Of a stretch of DNA of 64,000 nt, positions 40,532-53,383 are shown in pieces (position 1 is the first letter of the stretch; each line of letters starts with the position of its first letter). The DNA is from the human T2T-CHM13v2.0 reference genome, Homo sapiens: the NCBI RefSeq assembly GCF_009914755.1, contig NC_060942.1. One strand, written 5' to 3'. The notes under the pieces are model-generated. The model saw only the letters and a list, made by a program, of their open reading frames with translations. It made no database searches and was not told the DNA's origin. Position numbers and translations under genes: made by a program.

Positions 40532-41683
40532 CCATTTTTTATCAGCACAGAATAAAGATTGACTGCTCAGTGATTCAACTTTTATTAAGTAAATTGCATC
40601 TCCTTCGTCAGGTGACCCGATCCCAGTTCTACCAGCACAACACACACAGCTGCCCAGTCACCTCTCCTCCAGAAGTTCCACCGGGAATTAGAGGAGACTT
40701 TTGAAAAATTATTTTAAATGGTAATAAATTCTGTGCATGGTAAAAGGTAAAAGAGAGGGTGGTTTTGATGCCCTTTAGTATAAACTCTATAGAATTAAAA
40801 AAACTGCCACGCTTCCGTTTTTCCTAAGTGTTTACCAACATGGACGTGAGTAGCAATGTGAAGATCAAACACTCTAACTCCAAGAATAGAGGCTGAGTGC
40901 AGGTTATCCGGCAAGCGCCATCGCGGGACACCGCCTGGCCAAGACGCCCCACGCCCCTCGTATATGTAACCACACATGCAACTCCTGCTTACTCGTGTTA
41001 GTGGATGGGGTCAGAGATGCGGATAAATCAATGTATCCGACTATTCTAAAATAATTACTATTGATCCATGCAGGACTGGAATTCTTGCCTTAATATTTAA
41101 ATATTGATATATATGACACCCTGGAAATCTAGAGTCTTTGAAGTAAAATGATGATGACACCTTCTAAATTTACCCATCTCAATTGGGCTAGCACACACTC
41201 TGGTTTCCCAGTGCCCATATCTCTTCTCCCGCTCTCCTCCACCCAGCAGAACAGACCATCTACTGGAATATGCTAGAACTGCCAGAAATGAGTGACACAT
41301 TCAACTAGAACAATTGGAGGATTTTCGTAAGGGGCTGCTCACATAGGAGTGGGCGGGTCACAGGGGAGCCACAAGAACTTACTAGGAGTGGGTGCAGGCT
41401 CTTCTCCTGAGACTGAATTGGAGCAAGGGAAAACCTCGCTGGGACCTGCAGTGAGAGGCTATGTGGACAGGGTGGGCCTCCAGGGTGGGGTGTGCTGGGG
41501 AAGGGCCCAGCTGCCTTGCTTCTCACAGAGAGGGTTGAGGAACAAAGGCCCTAATTTTGCCTTCCTCATTCACAGGTCCCATGGATGAATCCTGCTGATG
41601 ACTAGCTATCCCAGGGATGGAGCCCATGGTGTCAACCCCTCAGGACACAGAGCAGAGGGGGAAAGAGCTGAGAGTGAATCTGA

Positions 41684-42015
<332 letters not shown>

Positions 42016-43399
42016 TGATAATTCATTTTAGATGTGTGTTCAGGCTTGCATGAAAGGAAGTGATGACAGGACCACGAGATTTAAGAGCTTACAAATCAAC
42101 GAAAGGAGTGCACATGTGTGGGTCATTTGAGGAGTGATGACTCGGGATGGAGGTGTAGGCACAGCGGGCCTGGAGTTCAAGTGAGTGATGACGGGAATGG
42201 TGATGGAGAAAGTGGAGGTGTAGATGGGAGGACAGGTTGGGTGTGCTTTTGATAGAGGTGGTTAGAGGAAGCTTGCTCCAGCTAAACACACCAGAGAAGT
42301 GCCTGCCGCATGATGGAAACAGGTGGACATTTCAGAAAAAGAGGGAAGAAATCACTGATGAGTTGGAAATGGATCCAATGAGGCAAGAGGAGACAGAAAC
42401 CACCAATATTCTTATTGCTAGGCCCTGAACCGGCAATAAAGAGGGAAAGGGAGCTGGATTAGGAACACGTGAGGGAGAGAGCCATGAGTTTTTATTTTTT
42501 TTTGTTTAAAATAACTTTTGATTATACAATAAACACACATTTTAAATAATTTGCAGTAAATAACAAAGAGAAAGCAAGAAATTTAAAATGGCCATAAGTG
42601 ACTATAATCATGGTTTCTAAGAGATAGCCACTGGTTTTCAGCATTTTTGGTAGATTCATTTAGTACTAAATATTATGTGTGAGTTGCAGACATGCTCTCC
42701 TGTGTCGAATCTGCAGAACACAATGTCTGACAACCAGAAAGGGCCAAATAAATCTTCGTTGTACAAATTGTTCTTTGAAGAAATTTAGATCATTCGTACA
42801 TGTGTGTGCGTGTGTGTGTGTGCCTGTTTCTAGCATTATAATCTGCTTTAAAAATACAGTTAGCTTTTTTGTCATTGGAGATTTTATTTATAATTTTCAT
42901 TATTATAAATATGATAACTATTCTATAGAGTAAACTGTGGCGTATGTGTGATGCTTTGCTTAGTATAAATTGGAATTCGTTACTGGACATGTTGAACTTC
43001 AGCTTTTGGAAGAATATCCAGATGGAGCGGTATAGGGGTCAGGAAGAGATGTATTGATACTATCACAAATGCCTTAAAATACCAAGTGAATACACCTAGT
43101 CTTGCCGTCTCTATTTTTTTCCTTGGGGAGATGTCAGAGAAGCCCAGACAATGGCTGATCATCTAAAATGAAGTGTGGGGTAAAGAGAGGAATAATGGTA
43201 GACCCTTAGAGAACGCTCATTTTCAGACATGAGAAGAAAGAAGGAGAGTTCGGAAACGGACTGCCGAATGTCTGGGGGTGACAAGAAACACCAGGACAAT
43301 GGAATGTCACTACACCGCCAAAAAGTGTGGAGCCATTTGTGTTCCCTATCCTTCTCAGGAGAAGATCTGGGCTGGAAGTGCTGGTTTATGGTTTGTTAG

Positions 43400-43753
43400 T
43401 GTATTAGTCCGTTTTCACGCTACTGATAAAAGACCTACCGGAGACTGGGCAATTTACAAAAGAAAGACGCTTAACTGTACTCACAGTTTCACGTGGCTGG
43501 GGAGGCCTCACAATCATGGCAGAAGGCAAGGAGGGGCAAATCATACCTTACGTGGATGGCGGCAGGCAAAAAGAGCCTATGTAGCGAAACTCCCGTTTTT
43601 ATAACCATCAGATCTCGTGAGACCCATTCACTATCACGAGAACAGCACGGGAAAGACCCGCCCCCATAACGCAATCACCTCCCACCGGGTCCCTCCCACC
43701 ACACGTGGGAATTCAAGATGAGATCTGAGTGGAGACACAGCCAAACCGCATCA
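43400..43753 (-). mobile_element. THE1 (THE1A/B-like) MaLR solo LTR
   Basis: TGTATTAGTCCGTTTTCACGCT...CACAGCCAAACCGCATCA; 5-bp TSD gttag / gttcg. Confidence 0.95.
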
Positions 43754-45401
43754 GTTCGGCAATAGGTACTGGTCAGAGCCAGAGACCAGGATGACCCTGC
43801 CCCTTCCGCTGAGGTCTAGAGTGACCAGAGAAGGGAACTCCAGGGTAAAACAGAGCGGCAACCCCTAAGAACCTGGGGGCACAAACAGCACAAAGACCAT
43901 TTAATGAAGCATTTTCAGAGTTTAGGATATTTCCAACAAAATATTTTCCCCAAAAGGTATCTTTTATAATATTGGATGCGTTGATTTCTAAGAGGGTCCT
44001 ACAGAGACACATTCCAGTCACTGGTCTCCCTTTCTCCCATGTATTGGTATTTTCAATACATAATGTCTGGAGCAGAGCATGGAAATGGCCTGAAAATATC
44101 CTCTCCTTTGCATACGGGAACACACAGATGGGAGGATGCGTCTTCAGGAGAAGGTGAGCGAGACCTCGGTAGCAGAGGAACAAGTTCAAGACTACACATC
44201 TTCTTACTTGTCAGTTTAAATCTCAAGTGAAGAGCGAGCTCACTGCAGGTCTAAAAACAGTGTTTCCTGCTGCCAAGACATGAATGAGCTAATTGTGTTT
44301 TAAATAGTTCACCTTACAAAAAATTTTCTTTCTTTATGTGAAAAGAGCTGTGATTTATTAATTTTCCTTTCTATTATTTGCTATAGACTTTCCCTAGCAT
44401 CTTCCCCACAAATCACTTCTCTATTGAAACCAATACTGAAACCTCAGTGTAATTAGTGTAGATTGCAGGACATGTGTGAAATAAAACAAGCAAATTTAAA
44501 ATATCTGGGCAGCCCCCTTTCAGGCAGTAATGTAAGGGACCCTTCAAGGAGGATTTTCAGGGTAGCATCTTTCACCTTGGCAGCCAATCCAGCATCAAAG
44601 GTGACAGGACTGGGCAGTAGGCACTTAGAAAAGATAGCTGCAAATGCTACAAAGAACTAAATTAGTAAAGGAAACTTAATTATCTTGCCTGCAGCCTCCC
44701 TCTGGTCAGTATCCCAATTGAACACAGACAAAACTCAACATTTTTATAAATGCACTACTTCAGACTTAGAATAATTCCTTTCTTAACCATTCATCTAGAA
44801 CTGCACTGGCCATTTTTTTTTCTGTCCTTTATCTATAGATTTAGAAACAGTAAATATCAAATGACATCCATTAAATCATAAAAACACATGCCGCTTTGTT
44901 TTTTAGGAAACCAGTTTTGACTTTTGTTTTTCAACTTAGAAAATGGGAACAAGGATATTTTTAAAGACGTAAATTATATAGTATAAGCAACTAACATACT
45001 TATCCAAATACTTTCAGAACATTCTGTGATGTTGTTTTATACACAAGCACACATCAACGTGTGTGTGCCATACTATAGGCATGAAAGAACATCCTTCAAG
45101 CCAAGGGTATAAATCTCATTATAGTACAGAAAATGTGATTAAGTCATTTCTGGAAAAGATACGTTAGTAAATAAGGATGATAAAGAAAAAAGTCTATTTT
45201 CATTGAGGTTATACATTTGCAAGGTTATAATATTTTCAAAATGTTTGAAACCTATCTTACATGGGAAGACACCCTACAGAAATTACCTTTCATATATCCT
45301 CTTCAGTCTTTTCTCTCTGACTTGTTTATAAAACTTTAAATTAAAGATGATAGAATCTTAGATAATGTTAACTGTGTTACTTGCGACTGCTCCATTCTGG
45401 T

Positions 45402-45822
45402 GAGAGGAACAGTTCTGAAACAGTTCTGGAAAGCAGAACATTTCTGGAGAGGGGAACCGTTTTGGAGAGGGGAACAGTTCTGGAGATGGGGACAGTTCTG
45501 GAGAGGGGAACAGTTTGGGAGACAAGGACAGTTCTGGAGACGAGGACAGTTCTGCAGAGAGAAGTAGTTCTGGAGAGGGGACAGTTCTGAACAGAGGAAC
45601 AGTTCTGGAGAGGGGGACAATCTTGGAGAGGAGGATAGTTGGGGAGAGAAGGACAGTTCTGGAAAGGGGAACAGTTCTGGAGCTAGGGGTAGTTCTGTAG
45701 AGGGGAACAGTTCTGGAGAAAGAAAGAGTTCTGGAAAGGGGGGCAGTTCTGGAGAAGACGACAGTTCTGGAGAGAGGAACAGTTCTGGAGAGAGGGACAA
45801 TTCTGGAGAGGAGGACAGTTCT
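45402..45822 (+). repeat. 18-bp purine-rich minisatellite, about 23 copies
   Basis: Unit ACAGTTCTGGAGAGGGGA with 17-18-bp variants. Confidence 0.95.
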
Positions 45823-47194
45823 AAAGAGCTGCCAGCAAGAGCTAGGTCAACCTAGGCCAGTCTTCAAAATGTTGGGTCTTCTGTTTATGTTTGTATTCCT
45901 CTGAGTTATGGATCCAGCCTGGCATGCCGTGAGTCTCTTGCCATCCCAGCCTTTTCTTAAGGCAACTGCACTAATGCATACTGTTTAATCCTTGAGCCAT
46001 GGCAAACTATGAGGAAAGACCAAATGGTGAACAGAGGCAAAGAGGAGAAGGCAGAGAAAGGCTTAAAAATGCGTCGACTTCTTACTCAGCCAGCTTATTA
46101 AGGGGAAGGCTGCAATATGGATTAAAACATTGATTACATAGGGAAAAAGTATGAATTTTAGTGTTTAGAAGAATGCTTATTAAGAAGACTACCTCTGAAC
46201 TCTTTCATGTTTGCTTTGTAAAGTTTTAGGTTGTTTATGAAATCTGATAATAAATTTTCATGTCATGTGTTTGAAACAGTTTGTGGAGACTCTTATATAA
46301 AAAAAAAACTCTTTAGATCATATTTCTCTAGTTTTGTTGTATCCTGAAAAATCACCATATGCTTTGAGGTCAAAACTCATGGTTATAAATATCAAAATAA
46401 AAAATATTGTATATATTTTTATTATAATGTTTTTGTATAGACTGGTGCATAGCCCTGATTTACTTCAAACTAAGAACATGAGTAAGTAGATATATATGTA
46501 CCCTTGTAGTTATATATAGTTAATGTATATCCAACTCATTGTCATGTTAGCCTCGGCATGCATATTTTTATATATTTTACACACACACAAACCAAATTCA
46601 TGCATATATAACAATTGCCAAATGCAGCTCTCTGTTGATCTTCAAATGTAGTATTTATCTGTCTGCAGACCAAACTATGTGCTTGCTATATCATTACTAG
46701 CTCAGGGGGAATCATTCAGACCAATGCAATTTACTCAATATTGGTCAGTTTGACTCCTGACCCTCGTCCCTCGACATCGTATCCTTGGCAACCCTTGCTG
46801 TGTGTTAAGGCAGGATGTGCTTATTGGTCTCATCTGTGACAGCTTGCTAAAGGCTGCTTAACATAGCCTGGTCTTTTCACAGAAAATTAGAAATCCAATA
46901 ATATACTATATTCTGATCAGATTGATATTTACACAAGGAAAACCACAATTGAGGTGTGCTTTCTAAGCACTATGTCGAAGCTGCCAGGTCCTTTGGTTAG
47001 TTCGTTGCGTATACCATGAAGTGTGAGTTATTTTCTTTGTTGTCTTATGGTTGGTGGGGAGAGAAGGATTAGATATGTTTTACCCTCTGTTTGGGAGATC
47101 ATTACACCTGACATGTATGCACGGATTCATCAGTTGGCAAAATAAACCAGAAAATTTTGTGGAAAATATCCCTTAGGAAATATTATACAACATT

Positions 47195-47302
47195 TTCATT
47201 TTTGTATTTTATTTTTAGTAACTTTTACTGTGTATATTTGAGGTATAGAATCAGGTTGCTATAGTGAGGTCAACTAACATGTTTGTCATTTCACACAGTT
47301 AT
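47195..47302 (-). mobile_element. L1MA 3'-end fragment
   Basis: 'tgtatatttgaggtata...ctatagtgaggtcaactaacatgtttgtcatttcacacagttat'. Confidence 0.6.
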
Positions 47303-50300
47303 GCAGTTTTTCACTCTCATATTTTAAATGAGCTGATTACCAAGAGGGTGTACTATGTTTGTGTATACCTGAGAAATTGTGGAAATTGGCAAATTTATGA
47401 ATATATATATATATGAATATGTGGGAATATATGGGAAATAATGCCTGAATTGCGAAGGAAATCTTGAAAATAGCATTTATATAGACTATTGTTGCCAAAT
47501 CACTCAAATTCAGTAACAGATAGCTGTAACACATTTCCAAGCAGACAGTAGGGAGATTGGAGATGATAAATTATTATGAAATCAACAGCATCATCCCTGC
47601 TTATAAAAAATGGCCAATTGTCTCACACATGTCTCCCAAAATCCACATGAAAGAAACCTCCCTTAGCTGATGTTATACAGCTTTTTCAATTTAGCACTTT
47701 GTTTTCTCCTTGAGATTTAGAAGTAGTAGGTGTTCATTTTCATGTAAGACAAAATAGGGCTTGAAGAATATCTCCAGAGTCTTTGTAAAGAAGGGTGATG
47801 TATTCTCGTGCTCAAAAGCAGACACGTGCCTACCCACACTCAACAACCTACATCCTACAAGCCTACTTCTATTTTTAAAAGTTCAAAAGTAAAGAAGGAA
47901 AACAAATGGAAGACAGAGAAAGGAATAGAGGAGGCGACACAGAAGGAAGAAGGAAGGTCAGCTGTTTTTCACTGTAATTGAACTTTCACACTAATGTTTC
48001 CTAGAGAGAAGAACAAAACAGTTCCCCACAAAGGCTGTCAACAGCACATTGCACCCTGCCCACCGCAGAAAGTGTGGCCACCAGAATGCCACCCGCAATA
48101 CCCGTGGTGCTGGTGGAGGGTAGTTTTTATTTTTTTGCATTTAGAAAAATCTAGTTAATATTTACTTGTTGTGAAATCCCATTATTTTGATTATCTACTT
48201 ATATTGATGATACATTTCTGTGGTTGTTAAACAAATTTCACACTTCAAAAAATCAAGTGTATGCTTGTGGAGGGACCAAGTTACTTTGAAAACAGAGCCT
48301 TTTAACATTTTGATTCTCTGCTAATCCACAGACAATTCTTGCATGAATTTGACCATTGTGTATACTTTTTGGTGGGATCTGATGTATATAAAATGTTGGC
48401 ATTTCATATGCTGTGTATATGAAACATTGGTATTTCAGTGATTCTTGCTTAGCCACATCTCGAATATTTAAGATTATCTCCAAAATGAACATGCTGAATT
48501 TTATATTGGTCATTGTCACTTCCTGATTTTTCACATTTTCAGGCTCTGCTCCCTCCAGGCCCACCTGTTGCCTGTCTTCATTCTGGGCCACATACGATTT
48601 CTGCCAACAAACAATCACACAGTGGAGCACGCCCACCTGGTGCACAGCTGAAGGCGTGTTCAGTATCAGGAAGAGACGCTGTCTGCCTGGCCATTATTCG
48701 CATGGGAGGCAGGGGTGATGTCACTGGGCACTGGGCACTGAGCTGGTCCTGGGAGTGGACCAGGCTGCATCAGCTTTTCTTCAAATACCTTCAACACCAG
48801 GACAGGTGGTGGTCACCTCCGTATGCACAAAGGACCGTTACAGGATAAATACAGTCATCATTTACTTTACAGTAAAAATAAAAAGAGATGTAATCCTTTT
48901 ACAAATAAAAGATGAGAGTGTTTTCAAAAGCATTTCTTACATATAAATAGTGCATTATGCCTCTGTTTTGTTAAGAGTTTTACTTTTCTAGCTGTGTATA
49001 CCACTGTTATCAGAATTCAATCACAAATGCAGCAAATACCTTTTGGAACTTTTACAATAAATAAGGCTGTGAGAATTTCAGCAAAGAAAAACATGATCTT
49101 TGTCCTTGAGGAAGTGATATTTTTTCTATAAGTTTTACTAAAAATTTTATCATTGTCATTATTTTGTTTTGTGCATTACTCATACCCAGGGGGCATAAAC
49201 ATCTTCTGTGAAAGCCTTGCATTGTTGATGCATTTCTGTGGTTGAACAAATTTCACACTTTAAAAAAATGAAGTATATATTTGTGGGGGGACAAAGTTAC
49301 TTTCATAACAGCTTTTTAACTAACAGTACCCTAAATCCCAATTATTCTGTTTAATCATTTCTGCAAAATAGCCATAAAAAGGTTCACAGCACCCATAAAA
49401 TTATAGAAATTCTCTGTAAAATCTTACTTTTAGGGAAACCCATATGTGAATCATAAACACATTTATATGCACACAAACACTTGGTCCTAGGGAATGGATG
49501 ATTTACTTTTTATAGGAGAAAATGACCCTGGAAGAGGTCATACCTTAGAGCTGTGGTTGCCATCGCATCACTGGTTACAGAAGATAACTTGCTTTGAGAA
49601 AGTCATGTTACTGGGAAAACAAGTGGTAGAATTTGTATTACGTTACATCAGGAAAGGGCTTTATAAATCCTCAGTGCCAAAGATAGCCAAACTGTTATCT
49701 ACCAGCAGAGCTTATCCTTAAAATGAAATGTGGTATACAAAAGAGCTGAAGGTAGATCTGGAAAGCCCATCCCCACGTAGGGCCCACTTGCAGGAGCTTC
49801 TAACCAGTCACTGAGCCCAGGGCAGTGAGGTTGGCTCAGCAGACCAGCCCTTGACCAACAAGAAGTCTATGGTGCCACAGTGATAAGCTCTATCTAAATG
49901 GAGACCCCACTGCATTACTAAATTCATTCCTGGGCAATAAACTAACCCACACTATAGCATTACATTTTTGGAAGGTACCAAAAGCCAGTTCTCCCATCTC
50001 CCATCCAGGAGGGTTTCCTCCACACTAAATTGAGAGGTATGCATTTTTCTATGTGGAGAATATGTATGATTATTTAGAATAGAACAGTGTCCTACCTTTG
50101 GCCTGAAATCAGAGCACTTTTTCATTTCACATGTAAAAGGAATCTATAGTTTAAATTCTCCTGGGCTTTAAAGTGTTTGTTTGATACTTTTAAAATACAA
50201 TCATTTAGAAAAATGTCTATTTTCCATTATATTTCTAATTTGGAGCCAAATTCATACATTTTATATAATGCAGCTTGTATTTTTTAATTGCAATTTACTC

Positions 50301-50964
50301 TTTATTATTGAAACTGCTTGTGTTTTTCCAAGTCAACTGTTAGTCATTTCTTTCTCATTATTTGGAGGTAGAGAGAGTCCTTGATTCATCATAAAGTCTT
50401 TTGACTCTGACAGGCCAGGGTTCGAGCCCTTGCTCTGCCCATGGATATCCTGGCAGTGTTACCACTGTACCCTTCTCTCACATGGAGTGTGCAGATACTT
50501 ACTTACTTCATTGACGTGTGAGCCTACGTGGCACATATTAAATGCTTAAAATTAGTTTTTGCAATAATATACCTTATGTGTATTTTTGTGTCTAAGTATT
50601 TTTTATTTGGTGCTTGTAAGCATTCTATCCAGTAAGTCTTTGTCCTTCAAAGTTTTTGTTTTTAAAAATCCCATCTGTGCTTACATTTTATAAAGGCTTG
50701 GTTAAACTTTCATTATTAAATAATTGTTCAAATGCACCTTGAAATTTTATTGTTTAACGTGTTATTTTCTGAAAGAAAGGTCGATTTTAGTGATTTTTAA
50801 GAAGGAAAATATTAACTAACCACTGCATTCATATTTAGCAGCCAAGCAAGCACATGAAGTGTTACAGTCAAGAACTAAATTGTGTGATTTGGGGGAAGAA
50901 ATGTTCTTTCATGCTACTTAGCAGCCATTTTCGATTTCACCATAAACTGAAGTTTTTAATTCCT

Positions 50965-51250
50965 TTTCTTTAATTTTTTAAAATTTCAATAGCTTTTGGG
51001 GTACAAGTGGGTTTTTTTACATGGATGAATTATACATAGTGGTAAATTCTGAGATTTTAGTGTACTTGTGTCACCTTAGAAGTGTACATTGTATCCAATA
51101 TGGAGTTTTTTATTCCTCACCCCCTTTTCACCCTTCCCCTTCTGAGTCTCTAAAGTTCGTTGTATTACTTCGTATGCCTTTGCATATCCATAGCCTAGCT
51201 CCCACATGTAAGTGAGAAGCTACAGCATTTGATTTTCCATTCCTGAGTTA
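50965..51250 (-). mobile_element. L1PB-type 3' end
   Basis: 'aatttcaatagcttttggggtacaagtgg...ctgagattttagtg...catagcctagctcccacatgtaagtgagaa...ttttccattcctgagtta'. Confidence 0.9.
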
Positions 51251-52168
51251 TGGAGTTGTTATTTTCTAAGTTCATTCCTGGGCAATAAACTAACCTTAGC
51301 AATACATTTTTGGAAGGTACAAATTCTGTCATCATAAAATGATTTAGTCATGAAAATGAGATGGAATGCCCTTTTTTTCAGGCTCCAACTTTGTAAGGCT
51401 TGCTTTCATGATATTTTCTGTGTAGCTGTCCCAAGCCACATGGGCAAGAAATACCACATGTCTCTTCTGTGCATGGCACTCAGCAGTGATCACAAGAGGA
51501 GGGGGGGTTTGGGAACTAAGCACCACAACAGGTGGGGATGGAGAGTGACCCTCGTGTGTTCTGTGTGCAATGGAAAAACACAGGACAAGTAAATAGAGGG
51601 TGTGCTTGCTTTCATATCACATGATCAAAATCAAGTATCTTTAGCCTTTAATATGCAAATTATCTTGCTAAAATACCATGATGTTGGCTTATGTTGTTCA
51701 TGATGCACCTTGAAGTTTAATCTGACATGAAGGGAGATTATGCATTATGTGTGTGTGTTCTGAGACCATGCCAAATGGCTCTGACAGCCCAGTTGAAGTC
51801 ACCCTGCCCAGAGAACCCCACAGTCAGCCCTCCTGCCTTTCCCCACATCATCTGTTTGTTCCCATTCATGATTTGCATGTTTATGCACTTATCTAACTCA
51901 TCTCCTTGCATATGGAAATCCTGATGGGTCACACCTAACCTTCTCTGTTTTTGAGACTTCTTTGCAAATGATTGATGATGCCTTGAAATTAAGAAAAAAG
52001 CACCTAATAAAAGCATTAACATCATCATTTATAAAAATATATGTCAGAATATATAAAGTTGACATTTATAAGGAAATAATCATTAATCTATTTAAGAGTA
52101 CAACCTCATGTGTTAACACTTTAGGACACTGGTAATTTTTACTGTTTGCTGAAAATGTTTTCAATGCA

Positions 52169-52497
52169 CAGTCAGTCCTCTGTATTTGTGGATTTTCCAT
52201 CCATAGATTCAACCAATCAAGATTGAAAATATTCAGAAAAAAATAATTGCATTCGTACAGAACATGTCCAGACACTTTTCTTGCCGTTATTTTCTAGGCA
52301 ATCCAGAAAACAACTAGATAGCATTTACCCTGAAGTTGGTATTATAAATAACCTAGAGTTGATGCTAGTGAACAAGAAGACGTGCACAGATTATGAGCAG
52401 ACACTACACCATTTTATATCAGGAACTTGAGCATGTGTGGACTTTGGTATCTCCAGGGGTTCCTGGAAACTGTCTCCCATGGATACGGGGGCAACTG
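52169..52497 (-). mobile_element. MER2 (TcMar-Tigger non-autonomous DNA transposon), full length
   Basis: Reverse complement of the MER2 layout; TIRs cagtcagtcctctgtatt...ggatacgggggcaactg followed by TA. Confidence 0.9.
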
Positions 52498-53219
52498 TAC
52501 ACATTTGAAGTTTCAAAAGCTTATAATACATTCAGATAAATTCCCACTTGGGGGCTTAATCATTTTAGACGTTCTAGAGTGTTGCATATCCTGACATAGT
52601 CAATACCGTTCTGGTGACTGAGATGGGAATTAATATGTGAACACTTGATTCATTAAGATACTGTGATCCCTACTTATCTTAGAAAATAATGGTGTTCAAA
52701 GATAGTAAAATTAAATTAATAGAGTACTTCCATTAGAAAAGAAGCCTTTCTCTTTGTATTTTCCTGTCCATTCCCTTGTTGCCACAAAAAGTTTCCTACA
52801 GAGCCAAAGGTTCCCTCTGAGGGCCTGAGCTGGGTGGCTCACAGGCCCTGCAGAGCCTGGGGTGAGCAGAAGCGGATGGGAAGCTGGAGGGAGTTTGCAC
52901 CACCTGCAAGGAGCCGTATGGCTGGACCGCAGCCCACTGTGCCCTGCACAATGAGAACACAATATGGCCAGATCCACATATTTTTAATAAAAGCTAAAAA
53001 TCCATACATGTATATAAAAACATCCCAATGTTTAAATGCTAGCTGAATTTTTTAAAAAAATTATATAAGCCACACAAAACCCTTCTGGTGGGGGCATGAA
53101 GACCTTCCGTCTGTGGCCCCTAACGTTTGCCATGAGCGGATGGCTCGGCTTCAGGCAGTACACGGCAGTGGCGTGCCCTGGTTCTCTCTGACTCTGGACT
53201 TGGTCCTGAAAACAGGCCT

Positions 53220-53383
53220 TTTGCAGGTTGAAATGCCAAGCGGCCAGCCCTTATGCCCTGACACAGGAGGAGGAGCTTCCTCACTTGAGACACTGGGTCC
53301 TTTGCGGGTTGAAATGTCAGGTGGCCAGCCCTCCAACCCAGACACAAGGGGAGGGGCATCCTCGCTTGAGACAGTGGGTCCCT
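53220..53383 (+). repeat. 81-bp tandem duplication (2 diverged copies)
   Basis: tttgc(a/g)ggttgaaatg(c/t)ca...ggccagccct...gacaca...tcctc(a/g)cttgagaca(c/g)tgggtcc occurs twice in tandem. Confidence 0.88.
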
